From: Bacteroidetes bacterium GWF2_33_16
GTDB taxonomy: Bacteria; Bacteroidota; Bacteroidia; Bacteroidales; UBA12077
Direction: 5' to 3'
DNA: 64,000 nucleotides
Assembly (NCBI GenBank): GCA_001768565.1
Contig: MEOE01000023.1
Coordinates: 223,215 to 287,214, forward strand
Below, one piece after another: positions 28,901 to 38,572 of this stretch (the stretch's first letter is position 1; every line of letters begins with the position of its first letter). Under the pieces are notes generated by a model. The model saw only the letters and a program-made list of their open reading frames with translations. It was not told where the DNA came from and did not search any database. Both the position numbers and the translations under genes were made by a program.

Positions 28901-30290
28901 ATACAACCAAAATAATAATCTGACCAAATATTGCAGAATTAATCATTTTTGATGCCCCATCGAATGTAATTTTATCCATAAGCGACTGCCGCTGATCATC
29001 ATCAGCGCTTTCGTATTCATCTTTGCTTGTGGTTATTTTTATGGCTATATATTCGACAATAATTACGGCTCCGTCAATAATAATCCCAAAATCGAGTGCT
29101 CCCAAGCTCATTAGGTTTGCATCGACACCAAAAATATACATTAACGAAATAGTAAATAATAAAGCAAGCGGAATTATTGATGCTATAACCAATGCTGAGC
29201 GAATATTTCCGAGAAGAATAACTACAATAAACATTACTATTAAACAACCTAAAATCAGGTTTTCGGCAACTGTAAATGAAGTTTTCGAAATCAGTTCGCT
29301 TCTTTCAATAATTGGATTTATAAAAACCCCTTCAGGGAGGCTTTTCTGAACTTCATCAACGCGCTTCTTAACTTCATTTATAACCTTTTTTGAATTGGCA
29401 TCTTTAAGCATCATAATCTGACCAAGAACTTTTTCTCCTTCGCCATTAGCAGTAATAGCACCAAATCGATTAGCATATCCAAAGTGTATAGCTGCAATAT
29501 CTTGTAAAAGAACAGGAATACCATTCTTGTTTTTTACTACAATAGAGCCTATTTCTTCAATAGATTTCACCATTCCATCACCACGAATAAAGTAACTCTT
29601 ATTTTGCTTTTCAATATAGGCTCCTCCTGCTACACTATTATTACTATTTAGTGCATTAAAAACTTCGAGTAAAGTAATATTTAAGGCTTTTAGTTGTTCT
29701 GGGTTAATTGCTATTTCGTATTGTTTTAAAAATCCACCCCAGGTATTAACTTCAACAACACCTGTAATCCCAGAAAGTTGTCTTTTTACAATCCAATCCT
29801 GAATGGTTCTAAGCTCCATGGGTGAATATCGATTTGCGTACCCTGGTTTTGTGTCAAGAATATATTGGTAAACTTCACCTAAACCAGTGGTTATTGGTCC
29901 CATTTCGGGAGTTCCAAAACCTTCCGGAATATTAGCAGCAGCAGTTTTTATTTTCTCTGCAATAAGTTGGCGTGGTAAATAAGTACCCAGATCATCATCA
30001 AAAACAATCGTTACCACGGATAATCCAAACTTTGAAATAGATCTTATTTCCTTAACACCTGGCAAATTTGCCATCTCTAACTCAACTGGATATGTAATAA
30101 ACTGTTCAACATCCTGAGTCGAAAGATTCGATGAAACGGTAATTACCTGAACCTGGTTATTGGTAATATCAGGAACTGCACCAACCGGAATTTTAAGAAC
30201 TGCAAATATACCAAAGGCAGCAATTGTTAGAGTAAACAAAATAATAATTAGCTTATTTCGAATACTAAAATTTATGATTTGATTAATCAT
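25938..30290 (-). CDS. CzcA/CusA family heavy-metal efflux RND permease fused in frame to a TolC/CzcC-like outer-membrane factor (1450 aa)
   Basis: Residues 1 to ~1040 have the canonical 12-TM RND layout with CzcA-like blocks. From Met1049 (nt 27146) comes MIKTILLLGIVGASSSLYAQE (signal peptide). About 380 aa of TolC-like repeats follow (NNPVLKNAGLSIQSAKKGK...). There is no stop codon between the two parts. Confidence 0.85.
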   Translation of the reverse strand: MINQIINFSIRNKLIIILFTLTIAAFGIFAVLKIPVGAVPDITNNQVQVITVSSNLSTQDVEQFITYPVELEMANLPGVKEIRSISKFGLSVVTIVFDDDLGTYLPRQLIAEKIKTAAANIPEGFGTPEMGPITTGLGEVYQYILDTKPGYANRYSPMELRTIQDWIVKRQLSGITGVVEVNTWGGFLKQYEIAINPEQLKALNITLLEVFNALNSNNSVAGGAYIEKQNKSYFIRGDGMVKSIEEIGSIVVKNKNGIPVLLQDIAAIHFGYANRFGAITANGEGEKVLGQIMMLKDANSKKVINEVKKRVDEVQKSLPEGVFINPIIERSELISKTSFTVAENLILGCLIVMFIVVILLGNIRSALVIASIIPLALLFTISLMYIFGVDANLMSLGALDFGIIIDGAVIIVEYIAIKITTSKDEYESADDDQRQSLMDKITFDGASKMINSAIFGQIIILVVLIPIFTLSGVEGKMFRPMATSFSFAILGAMILGLTWLPVASSLFLKPEKENKKSLSKWIMNIAYRSYCPVIKWSYDHKNIIFAMAIASLILTGYLFGRMGGEFVPTLDEGDFVIQPVLKTGTSLSKTVELTTQMEKILKETFPEVDQIVCRIGAAEVPTDPMSMEEIDMIIKLKPKKEWVSAKSKEELADKFKEALLVIPGIDYEFTQPIEMRFNELITGVRSDIAVKIFGEDLDYLNDKAIEIKKLIDKIPGAADVILEKTAGLPQISVTYQRQKIAAYGLNIEELNQQLTMAFGGEMAGSVFEGEKRFDMVVRFQEPFRKDIDHIKGLQIGLHNGNQVPLTELADIFYTTGPAKISRENTHRRVVVSVNVRNRDLESVIKDIQASIGENVKLNPGTYITYGGQFENLQNATRRLMLAVPVALLLIFIFLHFAFKSIKDAVLIFTAVPLSAVGGVLFLWIRGMPFSVSAGIGFIALFGVAVLNGIVLIEHLKDLKESGMTDMRELILKATRERLRPVMLTAAAAALGFLPMAISTSSGAEVQRPLATVVIGGLVTSTMLTMIALPLLFMVFNTKHKFKLSRFSKMIKTILLLGIVGASSSLYAQEGNSETQNITIDQAVEMALTNNPVLKNAGLSIQSAKKGKQAILNFAPTEFSYQKGQMNSKLIDHSWEINQNFGSLLTHYQTSKFVNQNIALSHTEFEIAKKEITVQTKIAWFNWIHLINQFKIKQEQVSLFSEFVRIAQLKYKMGETNLLEQTLAETEFAKSKNELQKINEQLLIAENNLKQIMNSEGDFLPASDSMYIYQLPAVQKDSERFDNSIITDFYQNKYNLENTKYNLERSKYFPEISAGYFSQQIDQVSGFTGWSIGISVPLWFLPQNSSVQQAKIEKEKAFNTLEYQRFNLSKEIENLVIQLDQLQNDLIYYYENALKKAEVLSQTAQIQFEKEEIEYFEFLQSIKTAQDIKSEYLTTLYNYNKTAIELEFYTK

Positions 30291-30428
30291 GAGCTTACTC
30301 TTTAATTAAAAATGCTAAGAATTAATGAGTTTTAAATTTAAAACTTTTTTCTGGTTAATAGAATTTTAAGAATTACAAAAATTTAATTAACATTTATTTA
30401 AAGAAAGCGAATTCAAAACTAATTTAAT

Positions 30429-30452
30429 AAAAAACGCGCATTGCTGCGCGTT
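30429..30452 (-). terminator. Rho-independent terminator downstream of lgt
   Basis: CGCGCA-GCAA-TGCGCG hairpin read on the minus strand, followed by T6. Confidence 0.8.
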
Positions 30453-30458
30453 AGGTTA

Positions 30459-31253
30459 TTATTTAATCTGTGGTTGCCAAAAACTTCGAAATAGAAGAAA
30501 AATACCCACAAGGATAAATGGTATACTCAACCACTGACCCATATTCAGAGACATCCCAGTTTCAAAATCAACCTGAACCTCTTTTATAAATTCGATGAAA
30601 AATCGCACAGTAAACAACGATATTAAGAAAATCCCAAATAGTAAACCCTGCTTTAGCTGTTTTCCTTTTTTGCTATAAATAAGCAATAAAACAACAAAAA
30701 TTATAAGATAAGATAATGCTTCATATATCTGCGTAGGGTGCTTTGGTACAATTTGGCCATCACGAACAAATATAAAACCCCATGGAAGGCTTGTTTCGAT
30801 TCCATAAATTTCGGAGTTCATTAAATTACCCATTCTTATAAAAAATCCGGCAAGAGCAACAACAATAACTATACGATCAAGTATCCACAAATAGGGCTTT
30901 TTATTTTTCTTACCAAAATAATACAGTGCAATCAATATTCCAATTGCAGCACCATGACTGGCTAATCCGCCGTGCCATATAAACAATATTTCCCATGGAT
31001 TTCTAAGATAATACTCGGGCTGATAAAAAAAACAATGTCCCAGCCGGGCACCTAAAACTGTTCCAATTGCCATATAAATTGTAAGATTATCAAGTAACTC
31101 TATTGGTAAGTTTTCTTTTTTGAACATTTTTTGCATAATCAAATATCCAAAAAAGAAAGATGCAGCAAACAATACACCGTAATATCTAATGCTTATTATC
31201 CAAAACCCAATAAGTTCGGGATCAACATTCCAGGTAATATAATCTAAAATCAT
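30459..31253 (-). CDS. lgt: Prolipoprotein diacylglyceryl transferase
   Basis: Motifs YGVLFAASFFFGY, GARLGHCFFYQPEYY, HGGLASHGAAIG and PTQIYE are present. I prefer ATG at 31253 over the TTG at 31280. Confidence 0.9.
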   Translation of the reverse strand: MILDYITWNVDPELIGFWIISIRYYGVLFAASFFFGYLIMQKMFKKENLPIELLDNLTIYMAIGTVLGARLGHCFFYQPEYYLRNPWEILFIWHGGLASHGAAIGILIALYYFGKKNKKPYLWILDRIVIVVALAGFFIRMGNLMNSEIYGIETSLPWGFIFVRDGQIVPKHPTQIYEALSYLIIFVVLLLIYSKKGKQLKQGLLFGIFLISLFTVRFFIEFIKEVQVDFETGMSLNMGQWLSIPFILVGIFLLFRSFWQPQIK

Positions 31254-31439
31254 GGAGTTTTTTTTAGTTGTAAAGTACAAATGTAAAAAAAAATCTTTGG
31301 CTTATCCTTAACTTCCTATCATCATAATGTTATAAAATTTAAAATGAAGGTATTTATGGTATCTATTTTGCAAATCTTATTCTCAATTATTTAAATAAAC
31401 TTTATAAGTTTGTACCTTGTACTTTTAAAATTAAAATTG

Positions 31440-33266
31440 ATGTTCAGAATAAAAGCCATTTCGTTTTGTTATATAGGGATTATATTTATTGCTATGGGTT
31501 GTGCTCAAGTTGTTACACCAACTGGTGGATCGAAAGACTCTGAGCCACCGGTTATTAAATTAAGCAAACCTGAAAACTTTTCAACCAACTTTAAAAATAA
31601 AAATGTAAGTATAACTTTTGACGAGTACATTCAATTAAAAGACCTTAATAAAAGTCTCATTATTTCGCCACCAATGGAAGAGAAACCCATGATCAGGGTT
31701 AAGGGAAAAACATTAAATATTAATTTCGATTCTTTTTTAAAGGATTCAACCACCTACAATTTATATTTTGGAAATGCATTGCAAGATTTTAATGAGGGCA
31801 ATCCATACTTAAACTTTCAATATGTTTTTTCTACTGGCAGTTATATCGATTCATTGTCTATTAAAGGAAAAATTTTGAATGCATTCGATCTTGTTTCTGT
31901 TGAAGATGTTTTTGTTATGTTATACTCAGAACTTACTGATTCAGTGCCTTACAAGCAAATTCCTGAATATATTTCTAAAACAGATAAGGAAGGTACTTTT
32001 AGAATCAATAATATACGGAACGATAAATTTAAAATTTTCGCATTAAAAGATGCTAATAATAACTATCTCTTTGATAACAGTAGCGAGGAAATTGCTTTCA
32101 GTGATTCTATTATAACATTCGCTCCGGAAACCATTAATCATATTGATACTATTTTTAAAATACAAGATAATAATACTAAGAATTCGTCAGAAAAAGACGA
32201 CCTTGTTTTGAAAAAGCAAGCAAAAAAACCAGAAATTGATACAATTATCGAGCACTCGTATGTGGGTTATCCAATAAAAAGCTATACTCTATTGATGTTT
32301 GCCGAAGATTTTGAAACACAATATCTACTGAATTATAAACGTGATGAAAAATATAAATTAGAATTTATATTTAATCGACCTGTAAAGGATAGTTTAATTT
32401 TCGAAGTTCTTGATAATTCCAATGCTCAATATATTAAGGAGGTTAGTACCCAAAAAGATACTTTTATATATTGGTTAACAGATACGTTAGATTTTAATGA
32501 GAAAGAAATATCTTGTTTAGTATCATACCAAAAACTTGATTCAACCAAGCAATATTATTGGAAAACAGATACACTTAAAATGCAATATCTTGAAGTAAAA
32601 AAATCAAAAAAAGACGAAATCGAATCTGATTTTAAAATAGACCTAAATATAAAAGATAAATCAACTCTTGACCTAAATAACACTATTACCATAAACCTGG
32701 GAAACCCTATTCAATATATTGATACGACGAACCTAGCGTTATTTTCAATAACTGATTCGGTTGAAACAATAGTTCCCTTCAACCTTAATTTAGATAAAGC
32801 TAAGTTGAGAAAATATTCATTATCAGCAAACTGGCAAGAAAACACAAATTATCGTTTCGAAATTCTGCCATCAGCCATTAAAGATATTTATGGTAATACG
32901 AATGATACTCTTATTACAAAATTCAGAACCCAAAAACTTGATTTTTATGGAAAATTGCTAATAAAAATTAATGGAATAGAGAACAATAAAAATGTTATAG
33001 TACAGCTAATTACTTCAAGTAAAAACTCAGAAGATGTAATTAGAGAAAAATATATTAATGAAAATCAGGAAGTTGAATTTAGTTTTCTTCCACCAAAAGA
33101 ATTTTTGGTAAAATTAATTTTCGACGAAAATAATAATAAGGTATGGGATACTGGTAACTATTTAAAACACATTCAACCAGAGGAAGTGCTTTATTTTGAG
33201 AAACCTGCAAAAATAAGATCCAACTGGGATGTTGAAATTGCTATTGATTTAACAAAACGAAAATAA
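31440..33266 (+). CDS. Ig-like domain-containing lipoprotein (Bacteroidota conserved)
   Basis: Lipobox AMGCAQ followed by VVTPTGGSKDSEPPVI, which is typical of SbsA/Big_5-like N-termini. I prefer ATG at 31440. A TAAGTTTG box at 31405-31412 lies inside the TTG-extended ORF. Confidence 0.7.
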   Translation: MFRIKAISFCYIGIIFIAMGCAQVVTPTGGSKDSEPPVIKLSKPENFSTNFKNKNVSITFDEYIQLKDLNKSLIISPPMEEKPMIRVKGKTLNINFDSFLKDSTTYNLYFGNALQDFNEGNPYLNFQYVFSTGSYIDSLSIKGKILNAFDLVSVEDVFVMLYSELTDSVPYKQIPEYISKTDKEGTFRINNIRNDKFKIFALKDANNNYLFDNSSEEIAFSDSIITFAPETINHIDTIFKIQDNNTKNSSEKDDLVLKKQAKKPEIDTIIEHSYVGYPIKSYTLLMFAEDFETQYLLNYKRDEKYKLEFIFNRPVKDSLIFEVLDNSNAQYIKEVSTQKDTFIYWLTDTLDFNEKEISCLVSYQKLDSTKQYYWKTDTLKMQYLEVKKSKKDEIESDFKIDLNIKDKSTLDLNNTITINLGNPIQYIDTTNLALFSITDSVETIVPFNLNLDKAKLRKYSLSANWQENTNYRFEILPSAIKDIYGNTNDTLITKFRTQKLDFYGKLLIKINGIENNKNVIVQLITSSKNSEDVIREKYINENQEVEFSFLPPKEFLVKLIFDENNNKVWDTGNYLKHIQPEEVLYFEKPAKIRSNWDVEIAIDLTKRK

Positions 33267-33269
33267 GCT

Positions 33270-33581
33270 ATGTCTGTATTACTGGAGTTTGCTATGTTCC
33301 CAACCGATAAAGGAGCAAGTGTAAGTGAATATGTGAGTAAAATTATCCTAAAGATTAAAAATAAAGGTTATAATTACAAACTAACTGCTATGGGAACTAT
33401 TGTAGAAACAGAAACTCTTTCTGAAGCATTGCAGGTAATACAAGAGTCTTATAATGTTTTAGAACCATTCTCTGAAAGAGTATATTCTTCTGTAAAATTT
33501 GATATTCGAAAAGGAAAATCAAATTGTCTGGAACAAAAGATCTCCTCTATTGAGGCTAAGATTGGAAAAATTAACACCTAA
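33270..33581 (+). CDS. MTH1187/YkoF family thiamine-binding protein (UPF0045/DUF77)
   Basis: MSVLLEFAMFPTDKGASVSEYV...TAMGTIVE...RV pattern. The size (~100 aa) is characteristic. Confidence 0.85.
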   Translation: MSVLLEFAMFPTDKGASVSEYVSKIILKIKNKGYNYKLTAMGTIVETETLSEALQVIQESYNVLEPFSERVYSSVKFDIRKGKSNCLEQKISSIEAKIGKINT

Positions 33582-33681
33582 TCTTTACTATTTATCAATA
33601 ATAAAAATGAACAAAAAGAGATTTTATTCGTATAAACTTTAATATCTTGCAAAACTCTAATTAGTAACATTCATATTTATT

Positions 33682-36600
33682 ATGAAGAAATTATTCATAT
33701 CTCTTTTAGTTTTTGGAATTGCTTTTACCCAGAGCTATTCTCAGAAACAGACCAAAATTAAGATTCAGGAGAAAACCGCGCTTCAATCTTTACAACAAGA
33801 AAAGATTACATCTCTTGACAGATTTATAATTAAAGAAAGTATTTCAGATATTATTGTTATAGAAAGATTAACAAAAGAAGGAGTATTCGGAGAAATTACA
33901 GCTGATGGAATGAGTAAAACTTATTCATCAGGAAACCCTGATTTACCTTTATTTGGCAAGCTAATAGAAATTCCTGCTAATCAAACTGTTAAACTTGCGG
34001 TTATTAATTATAAAGAGAAACAAATACAACTTGCGAATTATAGCATTACTGAAAAGATAATTCCAGCCCAGGAATCCATGTCAAAAAGCGATGATCCAGA
34101 AAAAATTCCTTTCAAAATTAACAAAGACATATATTCACGAAATAGATTTTACAAGAACGAATTTATTACTTTCGAAGATCGTGGTTATTTGAGAGACAAG
34201 CACCTTGGTTTTATTCAGATATCGCCTTTCGAATATAATCCAGTTACAAATACTTTGTTGGTTAAATACGATTTTGAGATAGAAGTACAATTTGTTCCCG
34301 ACAATAAAAGCAACATTAAGATAGATGATAGATTAAAATCATCCTATTTCGAAAACTTACCAATACAAACTATAAACGAGATTTCCGATACAAAAGCATT
34401 AATACAGGGTCCGGTTAAGTATGTAATTGTTTCAGATCCGATGTTCGAAACTACATTGCAACCATTTATTGAATGGAAAAAACTAAAAGGATTTGATGTA
34501 ATTTCTGCTTATACAAATAATCCGTTAGTTGGCAATACAGCAACTACAATAAAAGCTTACTTAAAGGACTTATATGATAATCCTTCAAATGGTATTTCGC
34601 CTACCTTCGTTCTACTAGTTGGTGATGTGGCTCAAGTTCCTGCCTCGTATGTATCCAGCCATAGTTCTGATCTATATTATTATGAATACACAGGAGATAA
34701 GTTACCTGAAGTATTTGGTGGAAGATTCTCAGCAACAACTATTGAGCAACTTCAGCCTCAAATTGATAAAACATTACAAGTTGAGAAATATTTAATGCCT
34801 GATCCCTCGTACCTTAACAATGTTGTTATAATTGCCGGAGCAGATGCATCTTATGCACCAACATATGGAAACGGATTTGTAAATTATACCAACACCTATT
34901 ATACAAATAGTGCCAATGGAATAAACTCTATTTCTTATTTATACCCCACATCAGCAAGTGCCGACGAAACAATAAGAACAAACATTTCGAATGGTGTTGC
35001 ACTCGCAAATTATACTGCACATTGCAGCAGCTCTGGCTGGTCAGATCCAACGTTTTCCATTGACAATGTTGCATCAATGACTAATGCAAACAAATATCCA
35101 TTAATGATAGGAAATTGTTGTGAGTCGCTATCGTTTGGAGGCAATTGTTTTGGAGAGGAATTATTGAGAGCGGCCAATAAAGGTGCTGTAGGTTATATTG
35201 GTGCATCAAATCTTTCTTATTGGGATGAAGATTTTTACTGGGCTATTGGTGTAGCACCTATTTCGGCTAACCCAACTTATGAAGGAAGTGGACTTGGTGC
35301 ATATGACCGATTCTTCCATCTAAATAATGAAGCAAAAAATGATTGGTTTATTACGCAGGGACAAATTAATGTTGCTGGTAATTTGGCTGTAGAAGCATCT
35401 TCTTCGACTCGAAAAGCATATTATTGGGAAATCTACCATCTAATGGGTGATCCTTCATTAACCCCATTTGTAAAAGTCCCTACAATATTATCTTCATCTT
35501 ACAACAACGAGATTATAGTTGGTTCACCAAACTATGAAGTAATTACTGAAGAAGACGCTTTCGTAGCATTATCATTCAATGGAGTATTACTTGATGCAAA
35601 AATGGCCGGATCTGACGGACTGGTAGTATTATCTTTTAGTGCACTACCTGAAGTTGGAATCGCAAACCTGGTTATTACAAAACAAAATAGGATTCCGGTT
35701 ATTGAAGAGATAAGTATTATCCCATCAACTACGCCTTATATAATTAAAGACTTGGTTAATGCAATTGATATTACAGGGAATAATAATGGGATCTTAGAAT
35801 ATGGAGAAAACATTTCATTAAACGTTCAATTAAAAAATGTATCTACAATTTACGATGCTTTTGCTGTTGTTGCTAAGTTACAAACAAGTGACTCTGTAAT
35901 TACCCCAATAGATTCGATAGAAAACTATGGAACGATTCTTAAGGATACCGTTTCGTTAATTGAAAATGCATATCAATTCGTACTTAAAAACACTATTCAG
36001 GATCAACATCTGTTGCAATTTAACTTCCAGATTACAGGTAGCGATGCAAGTTCAAACCCATATATATGGAACTCAAAAGCTAGTTATCTTATTAATGCTC
36101 CAAACCTTATAATTGGAAATCTAATTATTGATGATTCTGGTTTTAATGCCAATGGAATTGTTGATCCGGGAGAAACGGTAACTCTTAAGTGGATTGTGCA
36201 AAACACAGGTCATGCTGATATCTCTGGATTAACTGGTTTGCTTGAATATGTTAGTGGAAGCACACTGGTAACAATAAATCAAAACACAACCAATGAATTC
36301 ATATTGATTGCAGGAGAAACTGACACCCTTGAATTAACAATAACCGTATCGGCTCTTGAAAATAAAGAAACGCCTGTTGAACTTAAATTTTCCTTAGTTG
36401 ATAATCAGTTTGATTTTTATACAAAATCGAAAACCGAAACAATTATTATTGGAGAAATACCCGAACATAACATTTCTGATGGAGGTAGAATAAGTATTTA
36501 TGATTCTGCCTTATTTTACGATTCTGGAGGAAGTATAAATGATTATAAGAATGACGAAAACTATACAATTACTTTCGTGCCATATGAAAAAGTGGGTTTA

Positions 36601-37821
36601 TTAAAAGTAAAATTCATTAGTTTTGATGTAGAACAAAAAAGTACTGGTGGCTGCTGGGATAAATTAACAATCTATGATGATACTATTACTAATGTTGAAA
36701 AAATAATAGGTGAGTTTTGCAGTTACAATCCTCCTTCAGAATATATTGCTACAAACTCAGCAGGAGCATTAACATTCAAATTCTATTCAGACGAATCAGT
36801 TGTAAAACCAGGATGGAAAGCAGAAATTACTCGTATAGATTTGTTTTCAGTAAAATTTATTGTTACAACAGCAGGTATTCCTGTTGAAAATGCACTTGTG
36901 AAGTTTAATTCGCAAGAAAAATATACCAATGCTATTGGAGAAGTAATATTTGATGAAGTGAATGGTGGCTCACAATTACCTTATGAAATAAGAAAAACCG
37001 GCTACAACAATGTATTTGGGAATATTGATGTTACATCAAATATTACAAAAGAAATATCTCTTGTAGAAGGGGTAGTATATTACACAATAGATTTTACTGT
37101 TACTAATGGAACAAATCCAATAAGCGGCGCAACTATTCTATTCGATAATATGGAAGGACAAACCGATACAAGCGGCAAATATTCTTTTGACTCCATTGCA
37201 TATGAATTAAATAAGAAATTTACTGTTTCAAAAGAAAAATACCTTCCATATATTGATTCTATTGATGTAGACACAAATTATTCCATTCATGTAGTTTTAG
37301 TTTTAGAAACATATACGGTTACTTTTCAGGTTACAAGTAATGCAAATTCAGGGCCTCTGGAAGGTGTAAATATTAGTTTCAATACACAGGAACAAATAAC
37401 AAACACTAATGGAGTTGCTATTTTTATTCAAGTTGAGCCAAAATCAGGAATAAACTACACCTTGACAAAATCTGGATTTGTTGATCTTTTGGGTAATGTT
37501 GATATTGTTAGTGAAAATAAAATTCTAAATCTAACCATGTCTATTATTTCATCAATAAACGATATCATCCAAGAGTCTATTTCTATATATCCTAATCCAT
37601 CACAGGGCTTAATTAATATTGACATGGGACTTATTAAAAATGGACTTGCTTTGATTGATGTTTTTGATATTTTGGGAAAATCAATCTTTAGAAAAGAGGT
37701 TATGGTTAGTGAAAATACCAAAGAAATAATAGATCTTACAGAGCAACCAAAAGGCATTTATTTTATTTCTGTTAAAACATCATCTGGAGAGCAATTTAGT
37801 AGAAAAATAATTATTAAATAA
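33682..37821 (+). CDS. Gingipain-like C25 family cysteine peptidase with CUB-like domain, three tandem Ig/CarboxypepD_reg-like repeats and a T9SS C-terminal sorting domain
   Basis: Signal peptide present. The C25 core is YVIVSDPMFETTLQPFIEWKKLKGFDV. Candidate catalytic residues are His (YTAHCSSSGW) and Cys (IGNCCESL). A CUB-like block lies at ~36470-36840. Three ~75-aa repeats lie at ~36841-37530. The CTD is SIYPNPSQG...GIYFISVKT...KIIIK. Confidence 0.85.
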   Translation: MKKLFISLLVFGIAFTQSYSQKQTKIKIQEKTALQSLQQEKITSLDRFIIKESISDIIVIERLTKEGVFGEITADGMSKTYSSGNPDLPLFGKLIEIPANQTVKLAVINYKEKQIQLANYSITEKIIPAQESMSKSDDPEKIPFKINKDIYSRNRFYKNEFITFEDRGYLRDKHLGFIQISPFEYNPVTNTLLVKYDFEIEVQFVPDNKSNIKIDDRLKSSYFENLPIQTINEISDTKALIQGPVKYVIVSDPMFETTLQPFIEWKKLKGFDVISAYTNNPLVGNTATTIKAYLKDLYDNPSNGISPTFVLLVGDVAQVPASYVSSHSSDLYYYEYTGDKLPEVFGGRFSATTIEQLQPQIDKTLQVEKYLMPDPSYLNNVVIIAGADASYAPTYGNGFVNYTNTYYTNSANGINSISYLYPTSASADETIRTNISNGVALANYTAHCSSSGWSDPTFSIDNVASMTNANKYPLMIGNCCESLSFGGNCFGEELLRAANKGAVGYIGASNLSYWDEDFYWAIGVAPISANPTYEGSGLGAYDRFFHLNNEAKNDWFITQGQINVAGNLAVEASSSTRKAYYWEIYHLMGDPSLTPFVKVPTILSSSYNNEIIVGSPNYEVITEEDAFVALSFNGVLLDAKMAGSDGLVVLSFSALPEVGIANLVITKQNRIPVIEEISIIPSTTPYIIKDLVNAIDITGNNNGILEYGENISLNVQLKNVSTIYDAFAVVAKLQTSDSVITPIDSIENYGTILKDTVSLIENAYQFVLKNTIQDQHLLQFNFQITGSDASSNPYIWNSKASYLINAPNLIIGNLIIDDSGFNANGIVDPGETVTLKWIVQNTGHADISGLTGLLEYVSGSTLVTINQNTTNEFILIAGETDTLELTITVSALENKETPVELKFSLVDNQFDFYTKSKTETIIIGEIPEHNISDGGRISIYDSALFYDSGGSINDYKNDENYTITFVPYEKVGLLKVKFISFDVEQKSTGGCWDKLTIYDDTITNVEKIIGEFCSYNPPSEYIATNSAGALTFKFYSDESVVKPGWKAEITRIDLFSVKFIVTTAGIPVENALVKFNSQEKYTNAIGEVIFDEVNGGSQLPYEIRKTGYNNVFGNIDVTSNITKEISLVEGVVYYTIDFTVTNGTNPISGATILFDNMEGQTDTSGKYSFDSIAYELNKKFTVSKEKYLPYIDSIDVDTNYSIHVVLVLETYTVTFQVTSNANSGPLEGVNISFNTQEQITNTNGVAIFIQVEPKSGINYTLTKSGFVDLLGNVDIVSENKILNLTMSIISSINDIIQESISIYPNPSQGLINIDMGLIKNGLALIDVFDILGKSIFRKEVMVSENTKEIIDLTEQPKGIYFISVKTSSGEQFSRKIIIK

Positions 37822-37837
37822 TAAAGACTTACTTTTT

Positions 37838-37862
37838 AAACCCGGGCATCCGGGTTTTTTTT
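37838..37862 (+). terminator. Rho-independent terminator
   Basis: AAACCCGG-GCAT-CCGGGTTT followed by a T-run. Confidence 0.85.
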
Positions 37863-37903
37863 ATTGCTAAAAATGCTGATATTTACCTAAACAAAAACGG
37901 ATT

Positions 37904-38572
37904 ATGAGCATAGAACGAAAACGATTTTTGTTAAGCTTAATTTCTCCTGGTATTTTTATTTTAATTATCTGGTTTGTTAAGATTTTTGAAACTAGTTTAT
38001 CTCTCGATTTTACTTATCTTGGAATTTTTCCATTAAAAAAAACAGGACTTATTGGGATAATAACTGCACCATTAATACATGCCGATTTTGGACATTTAAT
38101 TTCTAATAGTGGACCTTTACTTATTCTGGGTACCGGACTTTTCTATTTTTACAATAAAATAGCATTTAGGGTTTTCTTTTTAGTATACATTATTACTAAT
38201 ATCTGGATTTGGTTTGGGGCACGCCATGCTTATCATATAGGTGCCAGTGGATTGGTTTACGCATTAGCTTCATTCCTTTTTTTTAGTGGCGTGTTTAGCA
38301 AGAATATGCGTCTTATGGCTATTTCACTGCTTGTAGTTTTCCTTTATGGGAGTATGATTTGGGGGATTTTCCCCATTCAACCCCAGATATCATGGGAGTC
38401 GCATTTAATGGGGGCAATTTGTGGTATTGTTCTTGCTATTTATTATAAAGATCAGGGGCCCAGACCCAAAAAATACAGTTGGGAGCTTGAAGATGAAAAG
38501 GATGAAGATGATCCTGAAAACGAATATTGGAAAATAACTCCTTTAGAAAATGAAGATGAAAAAAATATATAA
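37904..38572 (+). CDS. Rhomboid family intramembrane serine protease
   Basis: Six TM helices. The catalytic GASG motif ([11 protein letters not shown]) and a downstream His ([10 protein letters not shown]) are present. The C-terminal tail is acidic. Confidence 0.85.
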   Translation: MSIERKRFLLSLISPGIFILIIWFVKIFETSLSLDFTYLGIFPLKKTGLIGIITAPLIHADFGHLISNSGPLLILGTGLFYFYNKIAFRVFFLVYIITNIWIWFGARHAYHIGASGLVYALASFLFFSGVFSKNMRLMAISLLVVFLYGSMIWGIFPIQPQISWESHLMGAICGIVLAIYYKDQGPRPKKYSWELEDEKDEDDPENEYWKITPLENEDEKNI

